NCBI GenBank assembly: GCA_963738315.1
Contig: CAVTVT010000003.1
Coordinates: 103,253-167,252, forward strand
Length of the DNA stretch: 64,000 bases
DNA from: Vicinamibacterales bacterium
Lineage (GTDB): Bacteria > Acidobacteriota > Vicinamibacteria > Vicinamibacterales > JAMQPK01
Direction: 5' to 3'
Of the stretch, positions 48,219 through 58,838 are shown in pieces. Each line of letters opens with the position of its first letter. Within the stretch, counting starts at the first letter, position 1. The position numbers and the translations under genes are program-made. Below the pieces are notes generated by a model. It ran no database searches and was not told the origin of the DNA. It worked only from the letters and a program-made list of their open reading frames with translations.

Positions 48219-48390
48219 TACTTCTCGATCGTGGCCTCGTCGATGAGCATCACCGGGATGTCGTCCTTGATCGGATAGACGCGGTGGCAGGTATTGCATT
48301 TCAGGCCCGGTACCGTCGTGCACGAGTACGACGGGCGTCTTGCAGCTGCGGGCACGCGAGAATATCGAGCAATTCGGCGTCGAGTGGCAT
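48218..48390 (-). pseudogene. Trm112/YcaR-family small zinc-ribbon-like protein (two frame breaks)
   Basis: ATG 48390. MPLDAELLDILACPQ / CKTPVVLVHDGTG / LKCNTCHRVYPIKDDIPVMLIDEATIEK-TAG is read across three frames. This is the typical Trm112 pattern (LLxILxCP.CK ... IP.ML.DEA). Confidence 0.75.
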
Positions 48391-48472
48391 GGTGTTCGTT
48401 CCAGCCGAACTATAGCAGAAGGTCCCGGTGCGCCGTGACACGCCGCCCGTCTTTATGGAACAATCGACGAGG

Positions 48473-50236
48473 ATGCGCCGGTCCATGCTGATTGCGGTTG
48501 CGGCCCTGGCCCTGACGGCGCCAGCTGCCTCCGCTCAGCGTCTGCCGGCGGAACCCCAGGCGCCGCCGTCTGCGGGGCGGCGAGGCCTACGGCGAATACC
48601 TCATAGGTCTGCAGCTCGAGACCGACGGCGATGCCGCCGGCGCGGCCGCGGCCTACGAGCGGGCCGAACAGCTCGACCCCCAGGCGGCGGAAATCCCCGC
48701 CACGCTCGCCGCGCTCTATGCGCGCCTGAACCGGCGGCACCGATGCGGTCGCCGCCGGCGAGCGGGCCATCAAGGCCGATCCCGACAGTCCCGAAGCGAA
48801 CTGGATCCTGGGCAACCTGTACGCGCGGATGGCCGACACGGCGGCGCGTTCGCAGGAGCGGACCGAGTACATCGGCAGAAAGCGATGGCGAACCTGGAGC
48901 GGGCGAACCCGAATGCCCATCCTGGCGCGCCGCTGATGCTCGGCCGCCTGTATCTGTCGAGCCACGAGTTCGACAAGGCCGTCGCGCTGCTCGAGCCGAT
49001 CGTGCGCGACGAGCCCGACGAGATGGAGGGCGTCGCGCTGCTGGCGCAGGCGTACCAGGCGACGGGCCGCCAGGGCGACGCCGTCGCGCTGCTCGAGAAA
49101 TCGGTGGAGGACTCGCCGGAGCTCTACAGCACGCTCGGCCGCGTCTACGAGAACTCCGGCCGATGGAGCGATGCGGCGAAGGCGTACGAAGGGGCCGTGG
49201 AGGATCGGCCGCAGAGCCTGCCGCTGCGGTCGCAGTGGGCCACGGCGCTCCTGAACTCCGGCGACCCTGCCCAGCGCGCGCGCCGTGTTGGAGGAGGGGG
49301 CGGCCGGCTCGTCGCGGAATCCGCGGGCCCTCTACCTGCTGACCGAGGCGCAGCGGCGAAGCGCACGATCTCGCCGCGGCGGAGACGACCGCGCGCAAGC
49401 TGGTCGCGCTCGATGAGAGCAACCTCGACGCGCAGCGAGAGCTCGCGCACATGCTCGAGCGACCGGCGCGAGTATCAGAAAGCCATCGGCGTCCTGGAGC
49501 CGATCGCGACCGCGCATCTGCGCGCGGCCGGCGACGCGGGCGAGGAGGAGCTCCGAGGGCTCTACTTCGATCTCGCGTCCGCCTACGAGCAGGCCCGGCA
49601 GTACGACAAGGCGATGGCACTGCTGACGCAGGCCAGAACCCAGTCGCCGCGTGATCCGCTCTTCGACGATCCGGCTCGCGCGCGCGCAGCTGCGCGCGGG
49701 CAAGGGGAGCAACGCCATCGCGACACTCCAGGCCGCGGCCAGGAAGTTCCCCGACGAGGTCTCGTTGAAGATCGAGCTCGCGTCGGCGCTTCAGCAGCAG
49801 AAGAAGTTCGGCGAGGCCGAGAGCGTGTTCCGCGGCCTGATCGCGGCCGACCCCAAGAACGCCGATGCCCTGAACTCGCTCGGGTACATGCTCGCCGAGC
49901 GAGGGGAGAAGCTCGACGAGGCAGTCGGGTTCGTCGAGCGGGCGCTCGCGATCGATCCCGGGCAATCCGGCGTACCTCGACAGCCTCGGATGGGCCTACT
50001 TCAAGCAGGGCAACCTCGACGCGGCCGAGAAGCCGCTGCGCGAGGCGAGCGCCAAGCTGCCCTCGGTGTCCGTCATCCAGGATCATCTCGGCGATCTGCT
50101 CGCGCGGCGCGGCGCCTACGAAGAGGCGGTCGCGTCGTGGCAGCGCGCGCTCGAAGGCGACCTGGATTCGATTGGCCGGTCGGACCTCGAAGACAAGATC
50201 AAGAACGCCCGCCAGAAGCTCGCCAGGAGCAAGTAG
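48473..50236 (+). pseudogene. Large periplasmic TPR-repeat protein (about eight frame breaks)
   Basis: ATG 48473, signal MRRSMLIAVAALALTAPAASAQ. Pieces traced across frames include GEAYGEYLIGLQLETDGDAAGAAAAYERAEQLDP, TDAVAAGERAIKADPDSPEANWILGNLYARM and MANLERANPNAHPGAPLMLGRLYLSSHEFDKAVALLEP..WSDAAKAYEGAVE. Later pieces are REYQKAIGVLEPI..YDKAMALLTQA and IRLARAQLRAGKGSNAIATLQAA..KNADALNSLGYMLAERG. The last is PAYLDSLGWAYFKQGNLDAAEKPL..KIKNARQKLARSK-TAG (50234-50236). Confidence 0.75.
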
Positions 50237-50248
50237 CGCCTGCCGACG

Positions 50249-51062
50249 TTGCGCACCTCGACAGCGGCCCTCGCGACAACGGTCCTGGCGGGCGCGCTTT
50301 GCGCCGCCTGCAATCCGGTACGGCTCCGGCTGCCGACCGGTCCCGGCGCGCCGATGCCCGACTACCAGGCGGCGTGGACGGCCGCCACCGCGCGCTGCCG
50401 CGACATTCACGGGTTCAGTGCCGAGCTCGCCCTGTCCGGGCGCGCAGCGGGGCATCGGATCCGCGGGACACGCGCTCGCCGGCTTCGCACCGGGTGCGAT
50501 GAGGCTCGAAGCGCTCGCACCCGGCGGCGGGCCCTTCTTCATCATGGTGGGGGAGCCGCAGCGCGCGCGGCTGCTCCTCGTGCGCGATCGGCGGCTCGTC
50601 GACGCCGACGCGCCGGGTGCGCTCCTCGACGCGCTCGTCGGCATCGCGCTCGGGCCGGACGACCTCCGGGCCATGCTGAGCGGTTGTCTGGCGGCCTCGC
50701 TCGACCCGGCTTCGGCACGCGCGTACGGCGATGAATGGATCCGCGTGGATCTCGCCGGGGACGGCCTCGTCTATCTCCGCCGAGCAGGCGCCGGATGGGT
50801 CGTTGCCGCAGGAACGTACCGCGGCCTCGACGTGCAGTACGGCGACCTGACGGGGGCCGTTCCCGCTCGCGTGCGCATCCGCACCGCACAGGATTCCTCC
50901 GCGGAGGGAGCGGCGCCGCACGTCGATCTCACCGCGGAGGTGACCCAGGTGGAGATCAACGGCGACCTTCCCGCCGATCGCTTGCTGACGATCAACGTGC
51001 CGCCCGGGACGACCCCGATGACGCTCGACGAGCTGCGCCGATCCGGGCCGCTGGGACAGTAG
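50249..51062 (+). pseudogene. Envelope protein in the LolB position upstream of ispE (LolB-like, tentative; one frame break near 50465)
   Basis: TTG 50249: MRTSTAALATTVLAGALCAACNPVRLRLP.. (signal/lipoprotein-like). It continues in the frame of ORF 48885..51062 (HALAGFAPGAMRLEALAPGGGPFFIMVGEPQRARLLLVRDRRLVD..). The assignment rests mainly on synteny (lolB-ispE-prs in proteobacteria). Confidence 0.45.
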
Positions 51063-51069
51063 CAGACAC

Positions 51070-51963
51070 ATGGCCGCGATTACCGTCAGGGCCTGCGCCA
51101 AGATCAACCTCGCGCTTCGCGTGAAGGAAAAACGCGACGACGGCTTCCACGAGGTGCAGACGATCCTGCAGACGATCGATCTCTGCGACCGGCTCGAATG
51201 CCGTCCCACGCGCGGACCGTTCAGGATCCTCTGCGACGCACCGGGTGTTCCCGCCGACGAGCGCAACCTGATCTGGCAGGCTGCCGAGCGGCTCTGGCGC
51301 GCGGCCGGACGCCGCGGCTCGCCGCGCGGCATCGTCGTCGAGCTCGAGAAGCGGATTCCGCCCCAGGCCGGGCTGGGCGGGGGCAGCAGCGACGCGGCGG
51401 CCGCCCTCGTCGGGCTGCGCCGCGCCTGGAACCTGCCGATCGGCGACGAAGAGCTCGCGCGAATCGGCGCCGCGCTGGGTGCGGACGTGCCGTTCTTCTT
51501 CATCGGTGGCACGGCGATCGGGCTCGCCAGGGGAGACGAGATCTATCCCCTGCTCGATCTGCCTCGATGGTGGGCCGTGGTGGTCTGTCCGCCGTTCGGC
51601 GTCGCCACGGCGGATGCGTACCGGTGGCTCGATGAGGCACGGGGTGGGGCGGGGCCGGCGACGGTGCGCGGCGGGCGCGCATCGGCCAGCGGGTCCACGG
51701 GTGCACGCCTCTGGCCAGGCACCCTGGTACCGCTGGGGAACGACTTCGAGCCGGTGGTCGCGGCGCGGCATCCGGAGATCCGGACGGCGGTCACCAGCCT
51801 GGAACGGTGCGGGGCGCGCCTGGCGGCGATGTCGGGCAGCGGATCGAGCGTGTTCGGGATCTTCGACTCGCGCGCGGCGGCCGCCTCGGCGGCGCGAGCG
51901 CTCCGCGCGCCGGGCACGATGACGCTGGTGGCGCGGCTCGTCCCGCGCGTGCGGCGCAGGTGA
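51070..51963 (+). CDS. ispE: 4-diphosphocytidyl-2-C-methyl-D-erythritol kinase
   Basis: Intact 297-aa ORF. ..KINLALRV.., GHMP-kinase motif KRIPPQAGLGGGSSDAAAAL, ..MSGSGSSVFGIF.. Confidence 0.9.
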   Translation: MAAITVRACAKINLALRVKEKRDDGFHEVQTILQTIDLCDRLECRPTRGPFRILCDAPGVPADERNLIWQAAERLWRAAGRRGSPRGIVVELEKRIPPQAGLGGGSSDAAAALVGLRRAWNLPIGDEELARIGAALGADVPFFFIGGTAIGLARGDEIYPLLDLPRWWAVVVCPPFGVATADAYRWLDEARGGAGPATVRGGRASASGSTGARLWPGTLVPLGNDFEPVVAARHPEIRTAVTSLERCGARLAAMSGSGSSVFGIFDSRAAAASAARALRAPGTMTLVARLVPRVRRR

Positions 51964-52089
51964 GCGCGGACGCACGCGCGCGGCTTGCCGCTGAATCCCG
52001 CTATCGGCTACAATCTTCGATTGCGCTGCGGTGGTCGGCCCACGCCTGTCGCTCGAAACTTACGCTCACGAACAGCTGTCCGTACGGAT

Positions 52090-52164
52090 TGGGGCGTGGC
52101 CAAGCGGTAAGGCGCGGGACTTTGGATCCCGTATTCGGTGGTTCGAATCCACCCGCCCCAGCCA
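52090..52164 (+). tRNA. tRNA-Gln (anticodon UUG), CCA encoded
   Basis: 75-nt cloverleaf TGGGGCG-TG-GCC-AAGCGGTAA-GGC-G-CGGGA-CTTTGGA-TCCCG-TATTC-GGTGG-TTCGAAT-CCACC-CGCCCCA-G-CCA. The 3-bp D stem and overall layout parallel E. coli tRNA-Gln. It is followed by a T5 run. Confidence 0.93.
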
Positions 52165-52189
52165 GTTTTTCTGCGCTGCACACCTGAGA

Positions 52190-53148
52190 ATGGACCGAAT
52201 TGCAGGGTACGGCGAACTGAAACTGTTCTCGGGGAGCGCGCACCCGGAGCTGGCCCGCGAGATCGCGCAGCACCTGGGTTGCCGATGGGGCAGTGCCGGC
52301 TGCGGCGATTTGCCGACTCTGAAGTCTCGTTTCAGATCGACGAGAACATCCGCGGCACCGACGTGTTCATCGTGCAGCCGACGTGCAGCAACGGTCGACG
52401 AGCACATCATGGAGCTGCTGATCATGATCGACGCGTTCCGTCGATCGTCAGCGGCGCGGATCACGGCGGTGATCCCGTATTACGGCTACGCGCGGCAGGA
52501 CCGCAAGGACAAGCCGCGCGTGCCGATCTCGGCGAAGCTGGTCGCGAACATTCTGAGCGCGGCCGGCGCGGATCGCGTGTTGACGATGGACCTGCACAAG
52601 GCGCAGATCCAGGGGTTCTTTGATATTCCGGTCGATCACCTGTTCGCGGCGCCGGTGATCATCGATCACCTGTCGCGCATGGACATCGACGACCTGACGA
52701 TCGTCGCGCCCGATGCCGGCGGCGCCGAGCGGGCCCGCGCCTATGCCAAGCGGCTGGGCGGCGAGCTGGCGGTGATCGACAAGCGGCGCTCCGACGACGG
52801 CACGGCGGAAGTGATGAACGTGGTCGGCGACGTCCAGGGCCGCACCTGCGTCATCCAGGACGACATCATCGACACGGCCGGGACGATCGTGAAGGCGGCC
52901 ACGCGCGCTGAAGGCGGACGGCGCCGCGCGCGTGTTCGCGTGCGCGGTGCACGGCGTGCTGTCGGGGCTTGCCGATCGAGCGGATCGAAAAGGCGCCGAT
53001 CGAGAAGCTGATCGTGACCAACACGATTCCGCTCACCGGCGAAGCGCGCCAAGCTGCGGCAAGATCATGACGCTCTCGGTCGCGAGGCTGCTCGGGCAGG
53101 CGATCAAGAGCATCCACGAGGAGCGTCGGTGCGTCGCTGTTCGTGTAG
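52190..53148 (+). pseudogene. prs: Ribose-phosphate pyrophosphokinase (about six frame breaks)
   Basis: ATG 52190. Pieces across frames: MDRIAGYGELKLFSGSAHPELAREIAQHLG / PMGQCRLRRFADSEVSFQIDENIRGTDVFIVQPTCS / VDEHIMELLIMIDAFRRSSAARITAVIPYYGYARQDRK..DLHKAQIQGFFDIPVDHL..VIQDDIIDTAGT. Then ALKADGAARVFACAVHGVLSG / LPIERIEKAPIEKLIVTNTIP / KIMTLSVARLLGQAIKSIHEE / ..SLFV-TAG. Confidence 0.9.
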
Positions 53149-53212
53149 GACGTGGGATTAAGTGAGAAGACGAGAAGATTCTCTTCCCCATCACACTAAG
53201 CAGGAAGCGGAT

Positions 53213-53919
53213 ATGGAAGCAGTGATTGAAGCGGAGAGCGGCCCAGGGGCAAGAACGAGGCGCGCCGGCTGCGCGTCACGCGGCAAGATTCCCGCGGTGG
53301 TGTACGGCGAGAAGGATGCGGGCCGGGCCATCGCCGTCGATCCGAAAATGCTGTCGCGGATTCTGCGCACCGAGCTCGGCGCCAACACGCTGATCTCAGC
53401 TCAAGCTGGACGGCGGCTCCGATGCGCGCGTCCTAGTGAAGGAGTATCAGATCGATCCGGTCACGCACCAGCTCCTGCACGCGGACTTCTATCGGGTGGC
53501 CATGGACAAGGTCGATTCGCGTCACCGTCACCGTGGTGCCGCGCGGCGAGCCCAAGGGCGTCAAGCAGCAGGGCGGCGTGCTCGACATCGTGCATCGCCA
53601 GGTCGAAATCGAGTGCCTGCCGGCTGACATTCCCGAGCACATCGAGGTGGACGTCAGCGAGATGATGGTCGGCCAGAGCGTCCGCGTGCGCGACGTCGCC
53701 ACCAACGCCAAGTGGAAGGCCGCTCAGCGACCCCGACATGATGCTGCTGCACGTCATCATTCCGAAGGTCGAAGAGGTGGCGGCCACGCCCGAGGCGGCT
53801 GCGGCGGCCGCGGCGGCGGCGCCGGCTGAGCCCGAGGTCATCAAGAAGGGCAAGAAGGAGGAGGCTGAGGGCGAAGCGAAGCCGCGCCGGCGGCGCCGGC
53901 GAAGAAGGAAAAGAAATAA
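53213..53919 (+). pseudogene. rplY: 50S ribosomal protein L25 / general stress protein Ctc (about six frame breaks)
   Basis: ATG 53213. Pieces across frames: MEAVIEAE / RPRGKNEARRLRVT / GKIPAVVYGEKDAGRAIAVDPKMLSRIL / LKLDGGSDARVLVKEYQIDPVTHQLLHADFYRV / RVTVTVVPRGEPKGVKQQGGVLDIVHRQVEIECLPADIPEHIEVDVSEM / LSDPDMMLLHVI. The tail is Ala/Lys/Glu-rich, and the exact stop is uncertain (TAA 53917-53919 proposed). Confidence 0.85.
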
Positions 53920-53995
53920 ATTGGGCTTCGGCCAGGCATCCGGCTGCACTGAGAGGCCCGTTGTCTGCGAACAAACGCCGAGCGCGAGCAAGCGA

Positions 53996-54043
53996 ATGAG
54001 CGAGCGCGAGGTGGCGGGTCGTGGGGGTGGGGCCCCACGACAA
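53996..54043 (+). repeat. Repeat family B, copy 2: GC hairpin GTCGTGGGG-gtgggg-CCCCACGAC
   Basis: Stem 54018-54026 / 54033-54041. Same core and similar 5' flank as 42265-42316. It ends 6 nt before the pth ATG 54049. Confidence 0.75.
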
Positions 54044-54048
54044 ATAAA

Positions 54049-54679
54049 ATGAACTGATCGTGGTCTCGGGAATCCCGGGTCGCGAATACGACAGACACGC
54101 GGCACAACGTCGGCTTCAAGGTCGTCGAGGAGATCGCGCGGCGCCACGGCGTGTCGTTCCGCGAGTCGCTCGAGGTGGAAGGCGCGAGACGGCGAAGGTC
54201 AGGACCGACGGGGACGGCATCTGCTGCTGGCCAAGCCGATGACGTTCATGAATCTGAGCGGGCGGGCCGTCGCGGGCGCTTCGCGCAATTTCACAAGATC
54301 GAGCCGCCCGACTCTGCTCGTGATCGTGGACGACGCCGACCTGCCGCTGGGGCGGCTCCGCATGCGCCGGAACGGATCGGCAGGCGGGCACAACGGCCTG
54401 AAGTCGAATCATCCAGGAGCTCGGCACGATGGAGTTTCGCGCGGCTCCGCATCGGCGTCGGCCGCGACGAGTCCGCGCGGGCGACTGCGTGATCACGTGC
54501 TCGGGCGGTTCGGTCGGCGGGGAAGAGAGAGCCAGATGCAGCTCGCGATCGGGCGGGCGGCCGATGCCGCCGAGATGTTTGCGGCAGAAGGGATCGTCAA
54601 GGCGATGAACACGTTCAACGCCGGCGACAAAGAGAGCGACGGCGTGGACAATGCAGAGCAGCAGCCCGATCAGGCATAG
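54049..54679 (+). pseudogene. pth: Peptidyl-tRNA hydrolase (at least six frame breaks)
   Basis: Fragments across frames: LIV..G.PGREYDR, HNVGFKVVEEIARRHGVSF, LLAKPMTFMNLSGRAV, LLVIVDDADLPLGRLRMRRNGSAGGHNGLKS, FARLRIGVGR, DHVLGRF, C-terminal ..AAEMFAAEGIVKAMNTFN... All are canonical Pth blocks. Confidence 0.85.
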
Positions 54680-54767
54680 CGCCTGAGACGCTTCTTGCCA
54701 CGCAATGGCGTGGCCCCCGGTTGCCGGGCCGCGAGCCGGCGGAGACCGGGTCCGGAAGGAGACCGCC

Positions 54768-55225
54768 GTGAGTGAGATCAGACAGTACGAGCTCATCTAC
54801 ATCGTCGCATCCGACGCGACCGAACAGCAGATCGCCGACCTCCACACCCAAGTCGAGGAAATCATCGGCCGGTACTCGGGAACCCTCGAGCAAGACGGAC
54901 AACTGGGGACGCCGGAAGCTCGCCTACGAAATCGGTCCGCACAAGGAAGGCACGTACGTGCTCGAGGTGATCACGGGCTCCGGCGAGCTCATGAAGGAGA
55001 TCGATCGCCGCCTGCGCGTCAGCGACCAGGTGATCCGCCATCTCACCGTCCGCGTGGACGAGGAGAATCGGGTGATCGAGCGCACGCGCACGCTGCGCAC
55101 GGGAGGCCTCGCAGCGCCGCCGGGTGGCGCGCGGCCTGCCGCCCGAGCGGCAGCCCGGCGAGGGCCCGCAGCGGACCGACGAGGACGAGGATCGGTTCAC
55201 GCCGGAGGCGGACGAGTCGGCATAG
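54768..55225 (+). pseudogene. rpsF: 30S ribosomal protein S6 (two frame breaks, ~54890 and ~55100)
   Basis: GTG 54768 with a GGAAGGAG SD. VSEIRQYELIYIVASDATEQQIADLHTQVEEIIGRYSGTLE / TDNWGRRKLAYEIGPHKEGTYVLEVITGSGELMKEIDRRLRVSDQVIRHLTVRVDE / acidic tail ..RTDEDEDRFTPEADESA-TAG. Confidence 0.9.
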
Positions 55226-55228
55226 TTT

Positions 55229-55279
55229 CGAACCCCGAACCTTGAACCCTGAACCACGAACCCTGAACCTGGACCCTGA
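55229..55279 (+). repeat. Tandem heptamer array YGAACCN x6-7 in the rpsF-rpsR spacer
   Basis: cgaaccc cgaacct tgaaccc tgaacca cgaaccc tgaacct ggaccct gag, read directly. Confidence 0.85.
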
Positions 55280-55295
55280 GGACGTGAAGGTGCCT

Positions 55296-55583
55296 ATGCG
55301 TGAAGGACGAGGACGCGGTCGGAAGGCCGCGGCGGGCGCGGCGACAAGAAGGACGACAAGAAGCGCACGTTGTTTCGCCGCCGGAAGGTCTGCAAGTTCT
55401 GTGCGGACAAGATCGACGACATCAACTACAAGGACGTGAAGCTGCTCGGCCCGTTCGTTCCGGAGCGCGGCAAAGATTCTGCCGCGCCGGATCTCCGGGA
55501 CCTGCGCCACGCACCAGCGCAAGCTGCAGACGGCGATCAAGCGCGCGCGGCAGCTCGCGCTGATTCCGTACGTGACTGAATAG
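55296..55583 (+). pseudogene. rpsR: 30S ribosomal protein S18 (at least two frame breaks)
   Basis: ATG 55296 MREGRGRG.. / ..[45 protein letters not shown] / [38 protein letters not shown] (55581-55583). One extra G in AAAGATTCT breaks the last junction. Confidence 0.88.
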
Positions 55584-55592
55584 GGGCAGCCG

Positions 55593-55679
55593 CTCAGGGC
55601 TCAGGGTGAACCCCGAGAGCGCCTTGAACCCGCCGAACCCCGAAACTTGAGACCTCGAAGCCCGCGAGCCCCCGAAACG
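55593..55679 (+). repeat. Degenerate heptamer-type repeat tract in the rpsR-rplI spacer
   Basis: ctcaggg ctcaggg tgaaccc cgagagc gccttgaaccc gccgaaccc cgaaact tgagacc tcgaagc ccgcgagccc ccgaaac. It shares the TGA(A/G)CC / CCCTGAG units of the other arrays, partly in inverted orientation. Confidence 0.6.
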
Positions 55680-55697
55680 GGAAGCTGAAGAGCGCAG

Positions 55698-56211
55698 ATG
55701 GAAGTCATTCTTCGAGATCACGTCGAGAACGTCGGCAAGCGCGGCGAGGTGGTGAAGGTCGCCGACGGCTACGCGCGCAACTATCTGCTGCCGCGGAAGC
55801 TGGCGCTGCCGGCGACGCCGGGCAATCTGAAGCAGATGGAGCGCGAGCGGGTGAAGCTCGACGCGAAGGAAGCGGAGGAGAAGACGGCCGCCGAAGCGAT
55901 CGCGGCCAGGATGGCCGGCATCGACATCGTCATCGCGCGCCGCGTGGGGGAGACCGAGGCGCTGTACGGCTCGGTGACGGCCGCTGACATCGCCGAGGCG
56001 CTCGCGGCAAGCTCGGCTGCGAGATCGACAAGCGCAAGATGGGACTGCGCGAGCCGATCAAGAAGCTCGGCGAGTACAACGTGCCGTTCAAGCTGCACCG
56101 GGAGGTGATCGTCAGATTGCCGGTGAAGGTGGTGGGGGAGGGAAGCGTCCCGAAGCCGCCGCTCCGGCCGCCGAGCCGCCGGAGATCCTCAAGCGCCGGC
56201 AGTCCGAGTAG
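55698..56211 (+). pseudogene. rplI: 50S ribosomal protein L9 (two frame breaks)
   Basis: MEVILRDHVENVGKRGEVVKVADGYARNYLLPRKLALPAT.. (ORF 55698..56108) / KLGCEIDKRKMGLREPIKKLGEYNVPFKLHREVIVRLPVKV (ORF 56039..) / tail ..AAAPAAEPPEILKRRQSE-TAG 56209-56211. Confidence 0.9.
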
Positions 56212-56231
56212 CCGGCCGTTCAGAGTTCGCC

Positions 56232-57585
56232 ATGCCCGAGGCCGCCGACGATCGTCCGTCTACCCGCACAACCTCGAAGCCGAGCGTTCGGTGCTCGGCG
56301 CGATCCTGATCCACAACGAGGCGTTCAACCCCGCGGCGGAGAGTGCTCAGGCCCGACGATTTCTATCGCGAAGCGCACCGGCAGCATCTTCGGCACGATG
56401 GCGATGCTCAGCGAGCGCAACAGCGCGATCGATCTTCGTCACGCTGCAGCGAGGAGCTCTCGCGAGCGGGGCAGACTCGACGAAGTCGGCGGCCCGGCAT
56501 ACATCGCGTCGCTGGTCGACGGTCTGCCGCACGCGACCAACGTTCCGCATTACGCGCGGATCGTCCGGGAGAAGGCGACTCTCCGGAAGCTGATCTTCTC
56601 GGCCAACAAGATCCTGATCGACGCCTTCGACGGCGGAGAGGAGCCGAACCTCATCCTCGACAAGGCCGAGCAGTCGATCTTTTGCGATTGCCGAGGATCG
56701 CGTGCAGCGAAGGCTTCGTCTCCATGCGCGCGCTCGCCATGCGGGCATGGAGGCGATGCAGAGGGCGTACGAGCGCAAGCAGCTCATCACCGGGGTGCCC
56801 AGCGGGTTCGTCGAGCTGGACGAGCTGACCTCCGGATTTCAGCCTGGCGACCTCATCATCATCGCCGCGCGGCCCTCGGTGGGCAAAACGAGCGCTCGCG
56901 CTGAACATCGCGCAGCACGTCGGCACTCAAGACCGACATGCACGGTGGGCGTCTTCAGCCTGGAGATGTCGAAGGAGCAGCTGTTCATGCGCATGCTGAC
57001 GTCCGAGGCGCAGGATCGACAGCCATCGGCTCCGCACGGGCTTCCTGGTGGAGAGCGACTGGTCGAAGCTGTCGCACGCGATTCGCTGCTGGCCGAGGCG
57101 AACATCTTCATCGACGACACGCCGGCGATCGGCCTCATGTCGATGCGCGCGAAGGCGCGGCGGCTGCAGGCCGAGCGCGGGCTGCATCTGATCGTCGTGG
57201 ACTACATCCAGCTGATGCAGGCCGGATCGCGCTTCGACAACCGGACGCTGGAGCTCGGGGCCATTTCGCGCTCGCTCAAATCGCTCGCCAAGGAGCTCCA
57301 CGTGCCGGTGTCGCGCTCTCGCAGCTGAGCCGCGCGCCGGAGTCGCGATCGGATCACCGTCCGCTGCTCTCCGACCTGCGCGAGTCGGGCGCCCTCGAGC
57401 AGGACGCCGACGTCGTGGCGATGATCTTCCGCGCCGATGCGTACCCCGACTCGAAGCCCGAGGACGAGGGCGTGGCCGAGTTGATCATCGCCAAGCAGCG
57501 CAACGGGCCGACGGGCACGGTGCGGCTGGCCTTCCTGAAGCAGTTCACGCGTTTCGCGAACCTCGAAGCGCACCACGGACAGTGA
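56232..57585 (+). pseudogene. dnaB: Replicative DNA helicase DnaB (ten or more frame breaks)
   Basis: Fragments in all three frames: PHNLEAERSVLGAILIHNEAF, DDFYREAHRQ, GGPAYIASLVDGLPHATNVPHYARIVREKATLRKLI, GVPSGFVELDELTSGFQPGDLIIIAARPSVGKT (Walker A). Further fragments: [102 protein letters not shown]. Confidence 0.9.
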
Positions 57586-58838
57586 CTCGCTGCACGTTCG
57601 CGCACGTCGATCTCGACGCGCTCCAGTCCAACTTCAGGTCCATTGCGCGGTTTCTCGGCTCGCAGTCCCACCCGGGCCGGACGCCGCCGGGCATCATCGC
57701 GGTGGTGAAGGCCAATGCATACGGCCACGGTGCGTCCGCGGCGGCGCTCGCGCTGGAGCAGGCCGGTGCGACCGTGCTGGCGGTGGCCGATATCGAGGAA
57801 GGCATCGCGCTCCGGAGGGCGGGCGTGACGGCGGAGGTCCTGATCTTCGGCGCGCTGAGTGTCAGCGACGTGGCAGGGGTCTTCGAGCACCGGCTGACGC
57901 CGACCATCTCCAGCCCGGGCGCCGGTCGGGCGCTGCAGCGGGCGGCGGCCGAGCGGGGCGTGCGCCTGGAGTGCCACCTGAAGGTCGACACCGGCATGAA
58001 CCGGCTCGGGCTTCGCCATGACAACCTCGAGCGCACGGTGCCGGAGATCGTCGCCAGTCCGAACCTGTCGATCTCGGCCGTGTACACGCATTTCGCGACG
58101 GCCGACGACGCCGGGCACCCGCTGTTCGCGGAGCAGCGCGAGCGCTTCGACCGCGTGCTGAAGAAACTGCCGGAACTCGGGGTGCGCGCCGCGCGGGTGC
58201 ACGCGGCCAACAGCGCCGCCACGCTGCGCGATTCCCGCGTCTGGTTCGATCTCGTGCGGCCGGGCCTGATGATGTACGGCGTGGCGCCGCCGCCGCTCGC
58301 CTCGACGATTCCGCTGCAGCCCGCGATGTCGCTGCGCAGCCGCGTGGTGGCGGTGAAGGGCGTCAGGGCCGGCGAGATCGTCGGCTACGGCGCGCGATGG
58401 ACGGCGCCCCGCCCGTCGCGGGTCGCGATCGTGCCGGCCGGGTACGCGGACGGCCTCGACCTGCGGATGGCCGGCCGCTGCCACGTGCTGATTCGCGGCC
58501 GCCGCTCGCCGATCGTCGGCTCGGTCTGCATGGACATGATCATGGCCGATGTCACGGATCTGGAGGTCGACACCGGCGACGAAGTGGTGATCATCGGCGA
58601 GCAGCGCGGCGAGCGGATCGACGCGCGCGAGATCGCGGCGGCGATCGGCGGGAGCCCCTATGAGGTCCTCTGCCGCATCGGCACCCGGATCGAGCGCCTG
58701 TACGATTCGCCGATCCTGGCGTCTGCATCCTCTTTCACCTCCGCTGAAGTAGTATGCCTTCGTGAAGGCTCCTCGAACGGTGTTCGCCTGCCAGGAGTGC
58801 GGCAGCCAGCAGCAGAAGTGGCTGGGGCGCTGCCCTGA
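57582..58838 (+). CDS. alr: Alanine racemase (3' end probably artefactually extended)
   Basis: GTG 57582 overlapping the dnaB TGA. PLP-lysine motif [11 protein letters not shown]; ..[10 protein letters not shown].., ..YGARW.., ..GSVCMDM.., ..[15 protein letters not shown]. The open frame runs about 45 codons beyond the usual Alr end and 77 nt into radA. Confidence 0.88.
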   Translation: MTRCTFAHVDLDALQSNFRSIARFLGSQSHPGRTPPGIIAVVKANAYGHGASAAALALEQAGATVLAVADIEEGIALRRAGVTAEVLIFGALSVSDVAGVFEHRLTPTISSPGAGRALQRAAAERGVRLECHLKVDTGMNRLGLRHDNLERTVPEIVASPNLSISAVYTHFATADDAGHPLFAEQRERFDRVLKKLPELGVRAARVHAANSAATLRDSRVWFDLVRPGLMMYGVAPPPLASTIPLQPAMSLRSRVVAVKGVRAGEIVGYGARWTAPRPSRVAIVPAGYADGLDLRMAGRCHVLIRGRRSPIVGSVCMDMIMADVTDLEVDTGDEVVIIGEQRGERIDAREIAAAIGGSPYEVLCRIGTRIERLYDSPILASASSFTSAEVVCLREGSSNGVRLPGVRQPAAEVAGALP

